Below, in pieces: positions 27,601-40,618 of a DNA stretch of 64,000 bases. The stretch's first letter is position 1, and each line of letters begins with the position of its first letter. Both the position numbers and the translations under genes were made by a program. The notes beneath the pieces were generated by a model, which saw nothing but the letters and a program-made list of their open reading frames with translations, was not told the origin of the DNA and did not search any database. The stretch comes from Haplodiscus bocki (lineage: Eukaryota), in assembly GCA_965655095.1 (NCBI GenBank), contig OZ296655.1:25606001-25670000 (forward strand), given 5' to 3'.

Positions 27601-29990
27601 CCTAGCTTTCCAAGCTAGAACCCAAACATCCACGTTATTTCTCAAGGCTACCACACGAGTTTCCCGTTGAACACAGATTACTTTTCCAGGCTCGAACACA
27701 ATTTTCACGGATTTTTCTCGAGGCTACCAAACGAGTTTCTCCGTGAACGTAGACTATGTTTTCAGTCTCGGACACAGATTTCCCCGATATTTCTCCAGGC
27801 TACTACACGAAATTCACCGTTATCAATACCTAGCTTTCCAAGCTAGAAGCCAGACATCCCCGTTATTTCTCCAGGCTACCACACGAGTTTCTCTTTGAAC
27901 ACACCTTACTTTCCCTCGTGAACATAAGCTACTTTTCAAGGGCTTGATCAAAAGTTTGTCAGCTATTTCTCCAGGCTACTGCGCGAGTTTCCACGTGAAC
28001 GTAGACTTCTCTTCCGGGCTCGAGTACTATTTCCCCGCTGTTTCTCCAGGCTATTACGCGAGTTTCTTCGTGAACATACACTATTTTCACAGGCTTCAAC
28101 TCAGGTTTCCCCGATATTTCTCCAGCCTACCAAACGAGTTTCCCGTTGAGCACAGATTACTTTTCCAGGCTCGAACACAATTTTCACCGATTTTTCTCCA
28201 GGCTACAACACGAGTTTCCCTTTGAACGTAGATTGTAGATTTTTTTGCAGGCTTGAACACAAAATTCCCCGCTATTTCAACGGGGTACCAAAAGAGATTC
28301 CTCTTGAACATAGATTTTTTTCACGCTTGAACACAGATGTCCCAGCTATTTTTCCAGGCTACTAAGGGAAATCACCCGTGAACATTGGCTACTTTTTCAA
28401 GCTCGAATACAGACTTTCCCGATGTTTCTCCATGCTAATACACGAAATTTCCCGTTATGATTACTGGTTTCCCGGGCCGGAATGCAAACATCACCGCTAT
28501 TTCTCCAGCGTACCACACGAGTTTCCTCGTGAACACAAACTACTTTTCCTGGCTCGAACACATTTTTTTCTAGCTATTTCTCCAAGCCACTATGCGAAAT
28601 TCTTCGGAAAAACAACAAGACTTTCCAGGCTCGAACACACTTTCCCCGCTATTTCTCCAGGCTACCACACGAGTTTTCCGAATAATATAGACTAACTCTT
28701 TAGGCTCGAACACAGATTTCCCCGTTATTCTTCCAGGCTAGTACACGAAATTCGCCGGGAACATAGACTAATTTTTCAGGCTCGAACACAGATATCCCCG
28801 ATATTTCTCCAGGCTACTGCACGAAATTCGCCGTTATCATTACCTAGCTTTCCAAGGTAGAACCCAAACATCCCCGTTAGTTCTCCAGGCTACCACACGA
28901 GTTTCTCCGTGAACATTGACTGCTTCTCCAGTTTCAATCACAATTTTCCCCAATGTTTCTTTATGCTACTATGTGAGTTTTTTCGTGAACATAGACTACT
29001 TTTCCGGGCTAGGACACAGATTTCCCCGAAATTTCTCAAAGCTACTACACGAATTCTCCCGTTATCCTTACTCGACTTTCCGGGCTGGAATGCTAACAAC
29101 CCCGCTTTGCTTCAGCGTACCACACGAGTTTCCTCGTGGAAACAAACTATTTTTCTGGCTCGAACACATTTTTTCCAGCTATTTCTTCAGGCCACTATGC
29201 GAAATTCTTCGGTAAAACTACAAGAAAATCCAGGCTCGAACACATTTTCCCCCGATACTTTTCCAGTCTACCACACGAGTTTTCCCGTGAATATAGACTA
29301 ACTTCTTGGCTCGAACACAGATTTTGTCGATTTTCCTCCAGGCTACTACACGAAAATTGCCGTGAACAAAGACTAATTTTTCAGGCTCGAACACAAACTT
29401 TCCCAATTTTTCTCCAGGCTACTACACGAAATTCGCCGTTATCAATACCTAGCTTTCCAAGCTAGAACCCAAACTTCCACGTTATTTCTCAAGGCTACCA
29501 CACGAGTTTCCCGTTGAACAAAGATTACTTTTCCAGGCTCGAACACAATTTTCACGGATTTTTCTCGAGGCTACCAAACGAGTTTCTCCGTGAACGTAGA
29601 CTATGTTTTCAGTCTCGGACACAGATTTCCCCGATATTTCTCCAGGCTACTACACGAAATTCACCGTTATCAATACCTAGCTTTCCAAGCTAGAAGCCAG
29701 ACATCCCCGTTATTTCTCCAGGCTACAACACGAGTTTCTCTTTGAACACACATTACTTTCCCTCGTGAACATAAGCTACTTCTCAAGGGCTTGATCAAAA
29801 ACTTGTCAGCTATTTCTCCAGGCTACTGCGCGAGTTTCCACGTGAACGTAGACTTCTCTTCCGGGCTCGAGCACTATTTCCCAGCTGTTTTTCCAGGCTA
29901 TTACGCGAGTTTCTTCTTGAACATACACTATTTTCACAGGCTTCAACTCAGGTTTCCCCGATATTTCTCCAGCCTACCACACGAATTTCC
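23900..29990 (+). repeat. 1847-bp and 1084-bp higher-order repeats combining into a 2931-bp period
   Basis: ORF twins at 24131/25978/27062/28909 are spaced 1847, 1084 and 1847 apart. Pairs 25013/27944 and 25447/28378 are spaced 2931 apart. A private GTAGATTGTAGATT duplication occurs at ~25297 and ~28228. Confidence 0.9.
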
Positions 29991-30912
29991 CCGTTACCAT
30001 TACCCGACTTTCCGGGCCGGATTGCGAACATCCCCGCTATTCCTCCACGGTACCAGACGAGTTTCCTCGTGAACATAAACTACTTTTCCAGGCTCCAGCA
30101 TCAATTTTCCAGCTCTTTTTCTAGACTACTACGCGAAAATATTCGGTAAAACTACAAGACTTTCCAGGTTCGAACACACTTCCGCCGCTATTTCTCCAGG
30201 CTACCACACGATTTTTCCCGTGGAAATAGACTAACTTTTTAGGCTCGAACACAGATATCCCCGATATTTCTCCAGGCTACTACATGAAACTCGCCGAGAA
30301 CATAGACTAATTTTTCAGGCTCGAACACAGAATTCCCCGATATTTCTCCAGGCTACTGCACGAAATTTGCCGTTATCATTACCTAGCTTTCCAAGCTAGA
30401 ACCCAAACATCCACGTTATTTCTCAAGGCTACCACACGAGTTATCCTTTGAACACACATTACTTTCCCTTGTGAACATAAGCTACTTTTCAAGGGCTCGA
30501 ACAAAAGTTTGTCAGCTAATTTTCCAGGCTACTGCGCGAGTTTCCACGTGAACGTAGAGTTCTCTTCCAGGCTCGAGTACAATTTCCCCGCTGTTTCTTC
30601 AGGCTAATACGCGAGTTTCATCGTGAACATACACTGTTTTCACAGGCTTGAACTCAGGTTTCCCCGCTATTTCTCCAGCGTACCACACGAATTTCCCCCG
30701 TTACCATTACCGACTTTCCGCGCCGGATTGCGAACATCCCCGCTATTCCTCTTGGTACCACAAGAGTTTCCTCGTGAACATAAACTACTTTTCCAGGCTC
30801 CAGAATCAATTTTCCAGCTCTTTTTCTAGACTACTAAGCGAAAAGATTCGGTAAAAAGACAAGATTTTCCAGGTTCGAATACACTTTCGCCGCTATTCCT
30901 CCAGGCTACCAC

Positions 30913-31600
30913 ACGAGTTTTCCCGTGGAAATAGACTAACTTTTTAGGCTCGAACACAGATATCCCCGATATTTCTCCAGGCTACTACATGAAACTCGCC
31001 GAGAACATAGACTAATTTTTCAGGCTCGAACACAGAATTCCCCGATATTTCTCCAGGCTACTACACAATTTTCGTTGTTATCATTACCTAGCTTTCGAAG
31101 CTAGAACCCAAACATCCCCTCTATTTCTCCACGCTAAAGCACGAGTTTTCCCGTGGAAATAGACTAACTTTTTAGGCTCGAACACAGATATCCCCGATAT
31201 TTCTCCAGGCTACTACATGAAACTCGCCGAGAACATAGACTAATTTTTCAGGCTCGAACACAGAATTCCCCGATATTTCTCCAGGCTACTACACAATTTT
31301 CGTTGTTATCATTACCTAGCTTTCGAAGCTAGAACCCAAACATCCCCTCTATTTCTCCACGCTAAAGCACGAGTTTTCCCGTGGAAATAGACTAACTTTT
31401 TAGGCTCGAACACAGATATCCCCGATATTTCTCCAGGCTACTACACGAAACTCGCCTAGAACATAGACTAATTTTTCAGGCTCGAACACAGAATTCCCCG
31501 ATATTTCTCCAGGCTACTACACAATTTTCGTTGTTATCATTACCTAGCTTTCGAAGCTAGAACCCAAACATCCCCTCTATTTCTCCAGGCTACAACACGA
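30913..31600 (+). repeat. 228-bp (3-monomer) unit in tandem triplicate
   Basis: ACGAGTTTTCCCGTGGAAATAGACTAAC occurs at 30913, 31141 and 31369. Confidence 0.9.
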
Positions 31601-34600
31601 GTTTCCTTTTGAACGTAGATTACTTTGCAGGCTTGAACACAAAATTCCCCGCTATTTCTACGGGGTACCAAAAGAGATTCCTCTTGAACATAGATTTTTT
31701 TCACGCTTGAACACAGATGTCCCAGCTATTTTTCCAGGCTACTAAGCGAAATCAACCGTGAACATTGGCTATTTTTTCAAGCTCGAATATAGACTTTCCC
31801 GATTTTTCTCCATGCTAATACACGAAATTTCCCGTTATCATTACTGGTTTTTCCGGGCCGGAAGGCAAACAACTCCGCTATTTCTCCAGCGTACCACACG
31901 AGTTTCCTCGTGAACACAAACTACTTTTCCTGGCTCGAACAAATTTTTTCCAGGTATTTCTCCAAGCCACTATGCGAAATTCTTCGGAAAAACAACAAGA
32001 CTTTCCAGGCTCGAACACACTTTCCCCGCTATTTCTCCAGGCTACCAGACGAGTTTTCCGAAGAATATAGACTAACTCTTAAGGCTCGAACTCAGATTTC
32101 TCCGTTATTCTTCCAGGCTAGTACACGAAATTCGCCGGGAACATAGACTAATTTTTCAGGCTCGAACACAGATATCCCCGATATTTCTCCAGGCTACTGC
32201 ACGAAATTCGCCGTTACCATTACCCGACTTTCCGGGCCGGATTGCGAACATCCGCGCTATTCCTCCAGGGTACCAGACGAGTTTCCTCGTGAACATACAC
32301 TGTTTTCACAGGCTTGAACTCAGGTTTCCCCGCTAGTTCTCCAGCGTACCACACGAATTTCCCCCGCTACCATTACCGACTTTCCGCGCCGGATTGCGAA
32401 CATCCCCGCTATTCCTCCTTGGTACCAGAAGAGTTTCTTCATGAACATAAACTACTTTTCCAGGCTCCAGCATCAATTTTCCAGCTCTTTTTCTAGACTA
32501 CTAAGCGAAAAGATTCGGTAAAAAGACAAGATTTTCCAGGTTCGAATACACTTTCGCCGCTATTCCTCCAGGCTACCACACGAGTTTTCCCGTGGAAATA
32601 GACTAACTTTTTAGGCTCGAACACAGATATCCCCGATATTTCTCCAGGCTACTACATGAAACTCGCCGAGAACATAGACTAATTTTTCAGGCTCGAACAC
32701 AGAATTCCCCGATATTTCTCCAGGCTACTACACAATTTTCGTTGTTATCATTACCTAGCTTTCGAAGCTAGAACCCAAACATCCCCTCTATTTCTCCACG
32801 CTAAAGCACGAGTTTTCCCGTGGAAATAGGCTAACTTTTTAGGCTCGAACACAGATATCCCCGATATTTCTCCAGGCTACTACACGAAACTCGCCTAGAA
32901 CATAGACTAATTTTTCAGGCTCGAACACAGAATTCCCCGATATTTCTCCAGGCTACTACACAATTTTCGTTGTTATCATTACCTAGCTTTCGAAGCTAGA
33001 ACCCAAACATCCCCTCTATTTCTCCAGGCTACAACACGAGTTTCCTTTTGAACGTAGATTACTTTGCAGGCTTGAACACAAAATTCCCCGCTATTTCTAC
33101 GGGGTACCAAAAGAGATTCCTCTTGAACATAGATTTTTTTCACGCTTGAACACAGATGTCCCAGCTATTTTTCCAGGCTACTAAGCGAAATCAACCGTGA
33201 ACATTGGCTATTTTTTCAAGCTCGAATATAGACTTTCCCGATATTTCTCCATGCTAATACACGAAATTTCCCGTTATCATTACTGGTTTTTCCGGGCCGG
33301 AAGGCAAACAACCCCGCTATTTCTCCAGCGTACCACACGAGTTTCCTCGTGAACACAAACTACTTTTCCTGGCTCGAACACATTTTTGCAGCTATTTCTC
33401 CAAGCCACTATGCGAAATTCTTCGGAAAAACAACAAGAATTTCCAGGCTCGAACACGCTTTCCCCGCTATTTCTCCAGGCTACCACACGAGTTTTCCGAA
33501 GAACATAGACTAACTCTTAAGGCTCGAACACAGATTTCTCCGTTATTCTTCCAGGCTAGTACACGAAATTCGCCGGGAACATAGACTAATTTTTCAGGCT
33601 CGAAAACAGATATCCCCGATATTTCTCCAGGCTACTGCACGAAATTCGCCGTTACCATTACCCGACTTTCCGGGCCGGATTGTGAACATCCGCGCTATTC
33701 CTCCAGGGTACCAGACGAGTTTCCTCGTGAACATAAACTACTTTTCCAGGCTCCAGCATCAATTTTCCAGCTCTTTTTCTAGACTACTACGCGAAAATTT
33801 TCGGTAAAACTACGAGACTTTCCAGGTTCGAACACACTTCCGCCGCTATTTCTCCAGGCTACCACACGAGTTTTCCCGTGGAAATAGACTAACTTTTTAG
33901 GCTCGAACACAGATGTCCCCGATATTTCTCCAGGCTACTACACAATTTTCGTTGTTATCATTACCTAGCTTTCGAAGCTAGAACCCAAACATCCCCTCTA
34001 CTTCTCCACGCTAAAGCACGAGTTTTCCCGTGGAAATAGACTAACTTTTTAGGCTCGAACACAGATATCCCCTCTATTTCTCCAGGCTACAACACGAGTT
34101 TCCTTTTGAACGTAGATTACTTTGCAGGCTTGAACACAAAATTCCCCGCTATTTCTACGGGGTACCAAAAGAGATTCCTCTTGAACATAGATTTTTTTCA
34201 CGCTTGAACACAGATGTCCCAGCTATTTTTCCAGGCTACTGAGCGAAATCAACCGTGAACATTGGCTATTTTTTCAAGCTCGAATATAGACTTTCCCGAT
34301 ATTTCTCCATGCTAATACACGAAATTTCCCGTTATCATTACTGGTTTTTCCGGGCCGGAAGGCAAACAACCCCGCTATTTCTCCAGCGTACCACACGAGT
34401 TTCCTCGTGAACACAAACTACTTTTCCTGGCTCGAACACATTTTTTCCAGGTATTTCTCCAAGCCACTATGCGAAATTCTTCGGAAAAACAACAAGACTT
34501 TCCAGGCTCGAACACACTTTCCCCGCTATTTCTCCAGGCTACCACACGAGTTTTCCGAAGAACATAGACTAACTCTTAAGGCTCGAACACAGATTTCTCC

Positions 34601-37600
34601 GTTATTCTTCCAGGCTAGTACACGAAATTCGCCGGGAACATAGACTAATTTTTCAGGCTCGAAAACAGATATCCCCGATATTTCTCCAGGCTACTGCACG
34701 AAATTCGCCGTTACCATTACCCGACTTTCCGGGCCGGATTGTGAACATCCGCGCTATTCCTCCAGGGTACCAGACAAGTTTCCTCGTGAACATAAACTAC
34801 TTTTCCAGGCTCCAGCATCAATTTTCCAGCTCTTTTTCTAGACTACTACGCGAAAATTTTCGGTAAAACTACAAGACTTTCCAGGTTCGAACACACTTCC
34901 GCCGCTATTTCTCCAGGCTACCACACGAGTTTTCCCGTGGAAATAGACTAACTTTTTAGGCTCGAACACAGATGTCCCCGATATTTCTCCAGGCTACTAC
35001 ACGAAACTCGCCGAGAACATAGACTAATTTTTCAGGCTCGAACACAGAATTCCCCGATATTTCTCCAGGCTACTACACAATTTTCGTTGTTATCATTACC
35101 TAGTTTTCGAAGCTAGAAGCCAAACATCCCCTCTATTTCTCCAGGCTACAACACGAGTTTCCTTTTGAACGTAGATTACTTTGCAGGCTTGAACACAAAA
35201 TTCCCCGCTATTTCTACGGGGTACCAAAAGAGATTCCTCTTGAACATAGATTTTTTTCACGCTTGAACACAGATGTCCCAGCTATTTTTCCAGGCTACTG
35301 AGCGAAATCAACCGTGAACATTGGCTATTTTTTCAAGCTCGAATATAGACTTTCCCGATATTTCTCCATGCTAATACACGAAATTTCCCGTTATCATTAC
35401 TGGTTTTTCCGGGCCGGAAGGCAAACAACCCCGCTATTTCTCCAGCGTACCACACGAGTTTCCTCGTGAACACAAACTACTTTTCCTGGCTCGAACACAT
35501 TTTTTCCAGGTATTTCTCCAAGCCACTATGCGAAATTCTTCGGAAAAACAACAAGACTTTCCAGGCTCGAACACACTTTCCCCGCTATTTCTCCAGGCTA
35601 CCACACGAGTTTTCCGAAGAACATAGACTAACTCTTAAGGCTCGAACACAGATTTCTCCGTTATTCTTCCAGGCTAGTACACGAAATTCGCCGGGAACAT
35701 AGACTAATTTTTCAGGCTCGAACACAGATATCCCCGATATTTCTCCAGGCTACTGCACGAAATTCGCCGTTACCATTACCCGACTTTCCGGGCCGGATTG
35801 CGAACATCCGCGCTATTCCTCCAGGGTACCAGACGAGTTTCCTCGTGAACATAAACTACTTTTCCAGGCTCCAGCATCAATTTTCCAGCTCTTTTTCTAG
35901 ACTAGTACGCAAAAATTTTCGGTAAAACTACAAGACTTTCCAGGTTCGAACACACTTCCGCCGCTATTTCTCCAGGCTACCACACGAGTTTTCCCGTGGA
36001 AATAGACTAAATTTTTAGGCTCGAACACAGATATCCCCGACATTTCTCCAGGCTACTACACGAAACTCGCCGAGAACATAGACTGATTTTTCAGGCTCGA
36101 ACACAGAATTCCCCGATATTTCTCCAGGCTACTGTACGAAATTTGCCGTTATCATTACCTAGATTTCCAAGCTAGAACCCAAACATCCACGTTATTTCTC
36201 AAGGCTACCACACGAGTTTCCCTTTGAACACACATTACTTTCCCTTGTGAACATAAGCTACTTTTCAGGGGCTCGAACAAAAGTTTGTCAGCTAATTTTC
36301 CAGGCTACTGCGCGAGTTTCCACGTGAACGTAAAGTTCTCTTCCAGGATCGAGTACAATTTCCCCGCTGTTTCTTCAGGCTAATAAGCGAGTTTCATCGT
36401 GAACATACACTGTTTTCACAGGCTTGAACTCAGGTTTCCCCGATATTTCTCCAGCCTACCACACGAATTTCCCCCGTTACCATTACGGACTTTCCGGGCC
36501 GGATTGCGAACATCCCCGCTATTTCTCCTTGGTACCAGACGAGTTTCCTCGTGAACATAAACTACTTTTCCAGGCTCCAGCATCAATTTTCCAGCTCTTT
36601 TTCTAGACTACTACGCGAAAATATTCGGTGAAACTACAAGACTTTCCAGGTTCGAACACACTTTCGCCGCTATTCCTCCAGGCTACCACACGAGTTTTCC
36701 CGTGGAAATAGACTAATTTTTTAGGCTCGAACACTGATATCCCCGATATTTCTCCAGGCTACTACATGAAACTCGCCGAGAACCTAGACTAATTTTTCAG
36801 GCTCGAACACAGAATTCCCCGATATTTCTCCAAGCTACTACACAATTTTCGTTGTTATCATTACCTAGCTTTCGAAGCTAGAACCCAAACATCCCCTCTA
36901 TTTCTCCAGGCTACAACACGAGTTTCCCTTTGAACGTAGATTACTTTGCAGGCTTGAACACAAAATTCCCCGCTATTTCTACGGTGTACCAAAAGAGATT
37001 CCTCTTGAACATAGATTTTTTTCACGCTTGAACACAGATGTGCCAGCTATTTTTCCGGGCTACTAAGCGAAATCCCCCGTGAACATTGGCTATTTTTTCA
37101 AGCTCGAATACAGACTTTCCCGATGTTTCTCCATGCTAATACACGAAATTTCCCGTTATCATTACCGGTTTTTCCGGGCCGGAAAGCAAACAACACCGCT
37201 ATTTCTCCAGTGTACCACACGAGTTTCCTCGTGAACACAAACTACATTTCCTGGCTCGAACACATTTTTTCCAGCTATTTCTCCAAGCCACTATGCGAAA
37301 TTCTTCGGAAAAACAACAAGACTTTCCAGGCTCGAACACACTTTCCCCGCTATTTCTCCAGGCTACTCTTCCAGGCTACTACACGAAATTCGCCGGGAAC
37401 ATAGACTAATTTTTCAGGCTCGAACACAGATATCCCCGATATTTCTCCAGGCTACTGCACGAAATTCGCCGTTATCATTACCTAGCTTTCCAAGGTAGAA
37501 CCCAAACATCCCCGTTATTTCTCCCGGCTACCACACGAGTTTCTCCGTGAACATTGACTGCTTCTCCAGTCTCGATCACAATTTTCCCCAATGTTTCTCT

Positions 37601-40289
37601 ATGCTACTATGTGAGTTTCTTCGTGAACATAGAATACTTTTCCAGGCTAGGACAAGATTTCCCCGATATTTCTGCAGGCTACTACACGAACTTCCCCGTT
37701 ATCATTGCCTATCTTTCCACTCTGGAACCCAAGCAACCCCGCTATTTCTCCAGGCCGCCTCACGAATTTGCTCGTGAACAAAGATTACTTTTCCAGACTC
37801 GATCACAACCTTCCCCACTGTTTTTCCAGGCTACCACTTGAGTTCTCCCGTGAATATACACTACTTTCTTAGGCTCGAACACTGATTTCCCCGATTTTTC
37901 TCCAAGCTATTACACGATTTCTCCCATTATCATTACTTGACGTTCCGGGCCGGATTGCGAACATCCCCGCTATTCCTCCAGGGTACCAGACGAGTTTCCT
38001 TGTGAACATAAACTACTTTTCCAGGCTCCAACATCAATTTTCTAGCTCTTTTTCTAGACTACTACGCGAAAATTTTCGGTAAAACTACAAGACTTTCCAG
38101 GTTCGAACACACTTTCCCCGCTATTTCTCAAGGCTACCACACGAGTTTTCCCGTGGAAATAGACTAACTTTTAGGCTCGAACACAGATATCCCCGATGTT
38201 TCTCCAGGCTATTACACGAAATTCGCCGAGAACATAGACTAATTTTTCAGGCTCGAACACAATTTTCCCCGCTATTTCTCCAGGCTACTACGGGAGTTTC
38301 CGCGTGAACATAGATTCTTTATCAGGCTTGAACGGATAATTCCCCGCTATTTATCCAGGCTACTACTCGAAATTTCCCGTTAAAACAATAAGAGTTTCCA
38401 GGCTCGAACACAGTTTCCTTCGCTCTTTCTCCAGGCTACCAATCGAGTTTCCGGTGAACATAGATTTTTTTCAGGCTTTAATACATTTTTCCCCGCTACT
38501 AATCCAGGCTACTACGCGAACTTCACCGTGAATATGAACTATTTTTTCACGTGCGAACACAGGTTTGCCCGATATTTCTCCATGCTACAACACGAATTTT
38601 CCAGTTATCATTACCTGGTTTTCCGGACCGGAATGCAAGCAACCCGGCTATTTATCCAGGGTACCACGCGAGTCTACTCGGGAACATAAACTTTTTTCTA
38701 GGCTCGGAAACAACTTTTAAAGCTTTTTTTCCATGCTACTGCGCGAGTTTCCCAGTGAACATAGTCTAGTTTTTTAGGCTCCAATACAGTTTTCCCCGAT
38801 AATTCTCCAGGCAACTACATGAATTTCCCCGTTATCATTACCTGACTTTCGGGCGGGAATGCAAAGATCCTCGTTATTTCTCCGGGATACCACACGAGTT
38901 TCCTCGTGAACATAAACTACTTTTCCCGGCTCGAACAAAAAATTTCCAGCCCTTTCTCCAGGCTACTACGCGAAATTTCTCGTTAAAACTACAAGAGTTT
39001 CAAGGCTCGAACACACTTTCCTTCGCTATTTCTCCAGGCTACCACACGAGTTTCCCCGTGAACAAAGACCACTTGTCCGGGCTCGAACACAATTTCTTTG
39101 GCTGCTTCTCCAATCTACTACGCGAATTTTTCCGTGAATATAGACTTCTTTACTAGGCTCGATCACAACTTTCCACGCTATTTCTCCAGGCTACTGCGCG
39201 AATTTCCACGTGAACATAGATTACTTTTCCAGGCTCGAACACAACTTTCCCCGCTATTTCTCCAGGCTACAGCGCGAATTTCCCCGTTATCATTGCCTAA
39301 CATTCCAGGCTGGCACACAAATAACCCTGCTATTTTTCCAGACTACCGAACGAGTTCAATCGTGAACAAAAACTACTTTCCCAGGCTCGAACACAATTTT
39401 CGTGGCTGTTTCTCCAGGCTACTACGCGAAATTCTCCGTTGAAATTACAAGATTCTCCAGGTTTGCACACAAACATCCTTGCTATTTCTCCAGGCAACCA
39501 AACGAGTTTCATCGTCAACATAAACTACTTTTCCAAGCTCAAACACAATTTTCTTAGCTAATTCTCCAGGCTACTCTGCGAATTTCTCCGTGAACATAGA
39601 CTACTTTTCCAGGCTGGAGCACAACTTTCCCCGCTTTTTCCTGAGGCTACTACCTGAATTTCCCCAATATTATCACCTTATTTTCCAGGCTGGCACCCAA
39701 ACAGCCCCGCAGTTTCCCCAGGCTACCACACGAGCTTTCTCGTGATAGACTACTTTACGAGGCTCGAACACAACTTTCCCGGCTTTTTCTGCAGGCTACT
39801 GCTCGAACTTCCCCTATATTATCACCTTATTTTCCAGGCTGCAACCCAAACAAGCCCGCTGTTTCTCCAGGCTACCACACGAGTTTCCTCGTGATAGACT
39901 GTGTTTTTCCAGGCTCGGTCACAACTTTCTCAGCTGTTTCTCCAAGCTACTACACGAATTTCTTGATTATCTTTACCTATCTTTCCAGGCCAGAACGCAA
40001 ACATCCCCGCTTTTTCTCCGGTCTACCACACGAAATTCCCCGTGATCAAAGACTACTTTTCCAGACTCGAAAGCAACCTTCCCCGCGATTTCTCCAGGCT
40101 ACTACGAGAGTTTCCCCGTGAACATAGACTATTTTTCCAGGCTCGAGCACAAGTTTCCCGATTCTTCTTCAAGGTACTATGCGATTTTCCCCGATATCAT
40201 TACGTAACTCTCCAGGCTGGAACACAAACATCCTCGGTATTTGTCCAGGCTACTACTCGAATTTCCCTGTTAAAACTACAAAAGCGGAA

Positions 40290-40600
40290 ACTATTGTAAG
40301 GGAAGTCATCCATCACCGCAGTATGTTAAATGATGTCCTGTTTCATTTGTTATGCTTTCTTAACCATGTCATCTCCGCGAAAGATATCGACCTGAAGGAT
40401 ACCAATCGGATCATCATTTCATAGTTTTTCTATATACCGGCAGAGAAATTTCTTGAAAGCTTTCCTACATTTTCCTCTTCCGATTGATATTTTTCGGCAA
40501 CCACTATTTGACTTCCGGAAAATTTTTCTGCGAGAGGTCATCCAGATTTTCCTGCACCAGTTTCCGAGGTTGAAGGTGCGAAGTGAATTGTGCGGCGATT
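40290..40600 (-). repeat. Diverged, inverted copy of the ~330-bp repeat found at 49340-50035
   Basis: The reverse complement AAACTGGTGCAGGAAAATCTGGATGACCTCTCGCAGAAAAATTTTCCGGAAGTC...ACTATGAAA...GACATCATTTAACATACTGCGG aligns colinearly by eye with 49377-49621 (AAACTGGTTCATGGATTTCTGGTTGACCTACCGCAGAATAGCTTCGCAGAAGTT...ACTATGAAA...GACATCAATTAGTTTACTGCGG). Confidence 0.7.
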
Positions 40601-40618
40601 GGAAAGAAAACAATAATG

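Larger units (their letters stand above)
1..40283 (+). repeat. 76-bp tandem satellite array (~530 monomers in the window, running off the left edge)
   Basis: Consensus is about CCCCGCTATTTCTCCAGGCTACCACACGAGTTTCCCCGTGAACATAGACTACTTTTCCAGGCTCGAACACAACTTT (76 nt). The CCAGGCTAC anchor recurs at 76-bp spacing (e.g. 2905 and 2981). Orientation is the same throughout and the + strand is pyrimidine-rich. The array ends after ...GTTAAAACTACAAAA at ~40283. Confidence 0.98.

Noticed and set aside
1-40283. Dozens of 60-180 aa ORFs on both strands
   Set aside because: They are translations of the 76-bp satellite. The same phrases (PRYFSRL, FLQATTR, ISPGY) rotate through frames because 76 is not a multiple of 3, and no domain signal is present.
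1-40283. CRISPR-like appearance (constant block plus variable block every 76 bp)
   Set aside because: The variable segments fall into a few recurring classes rather than unique spacers, the constant part is itself degenerate, and there are no cas genes.
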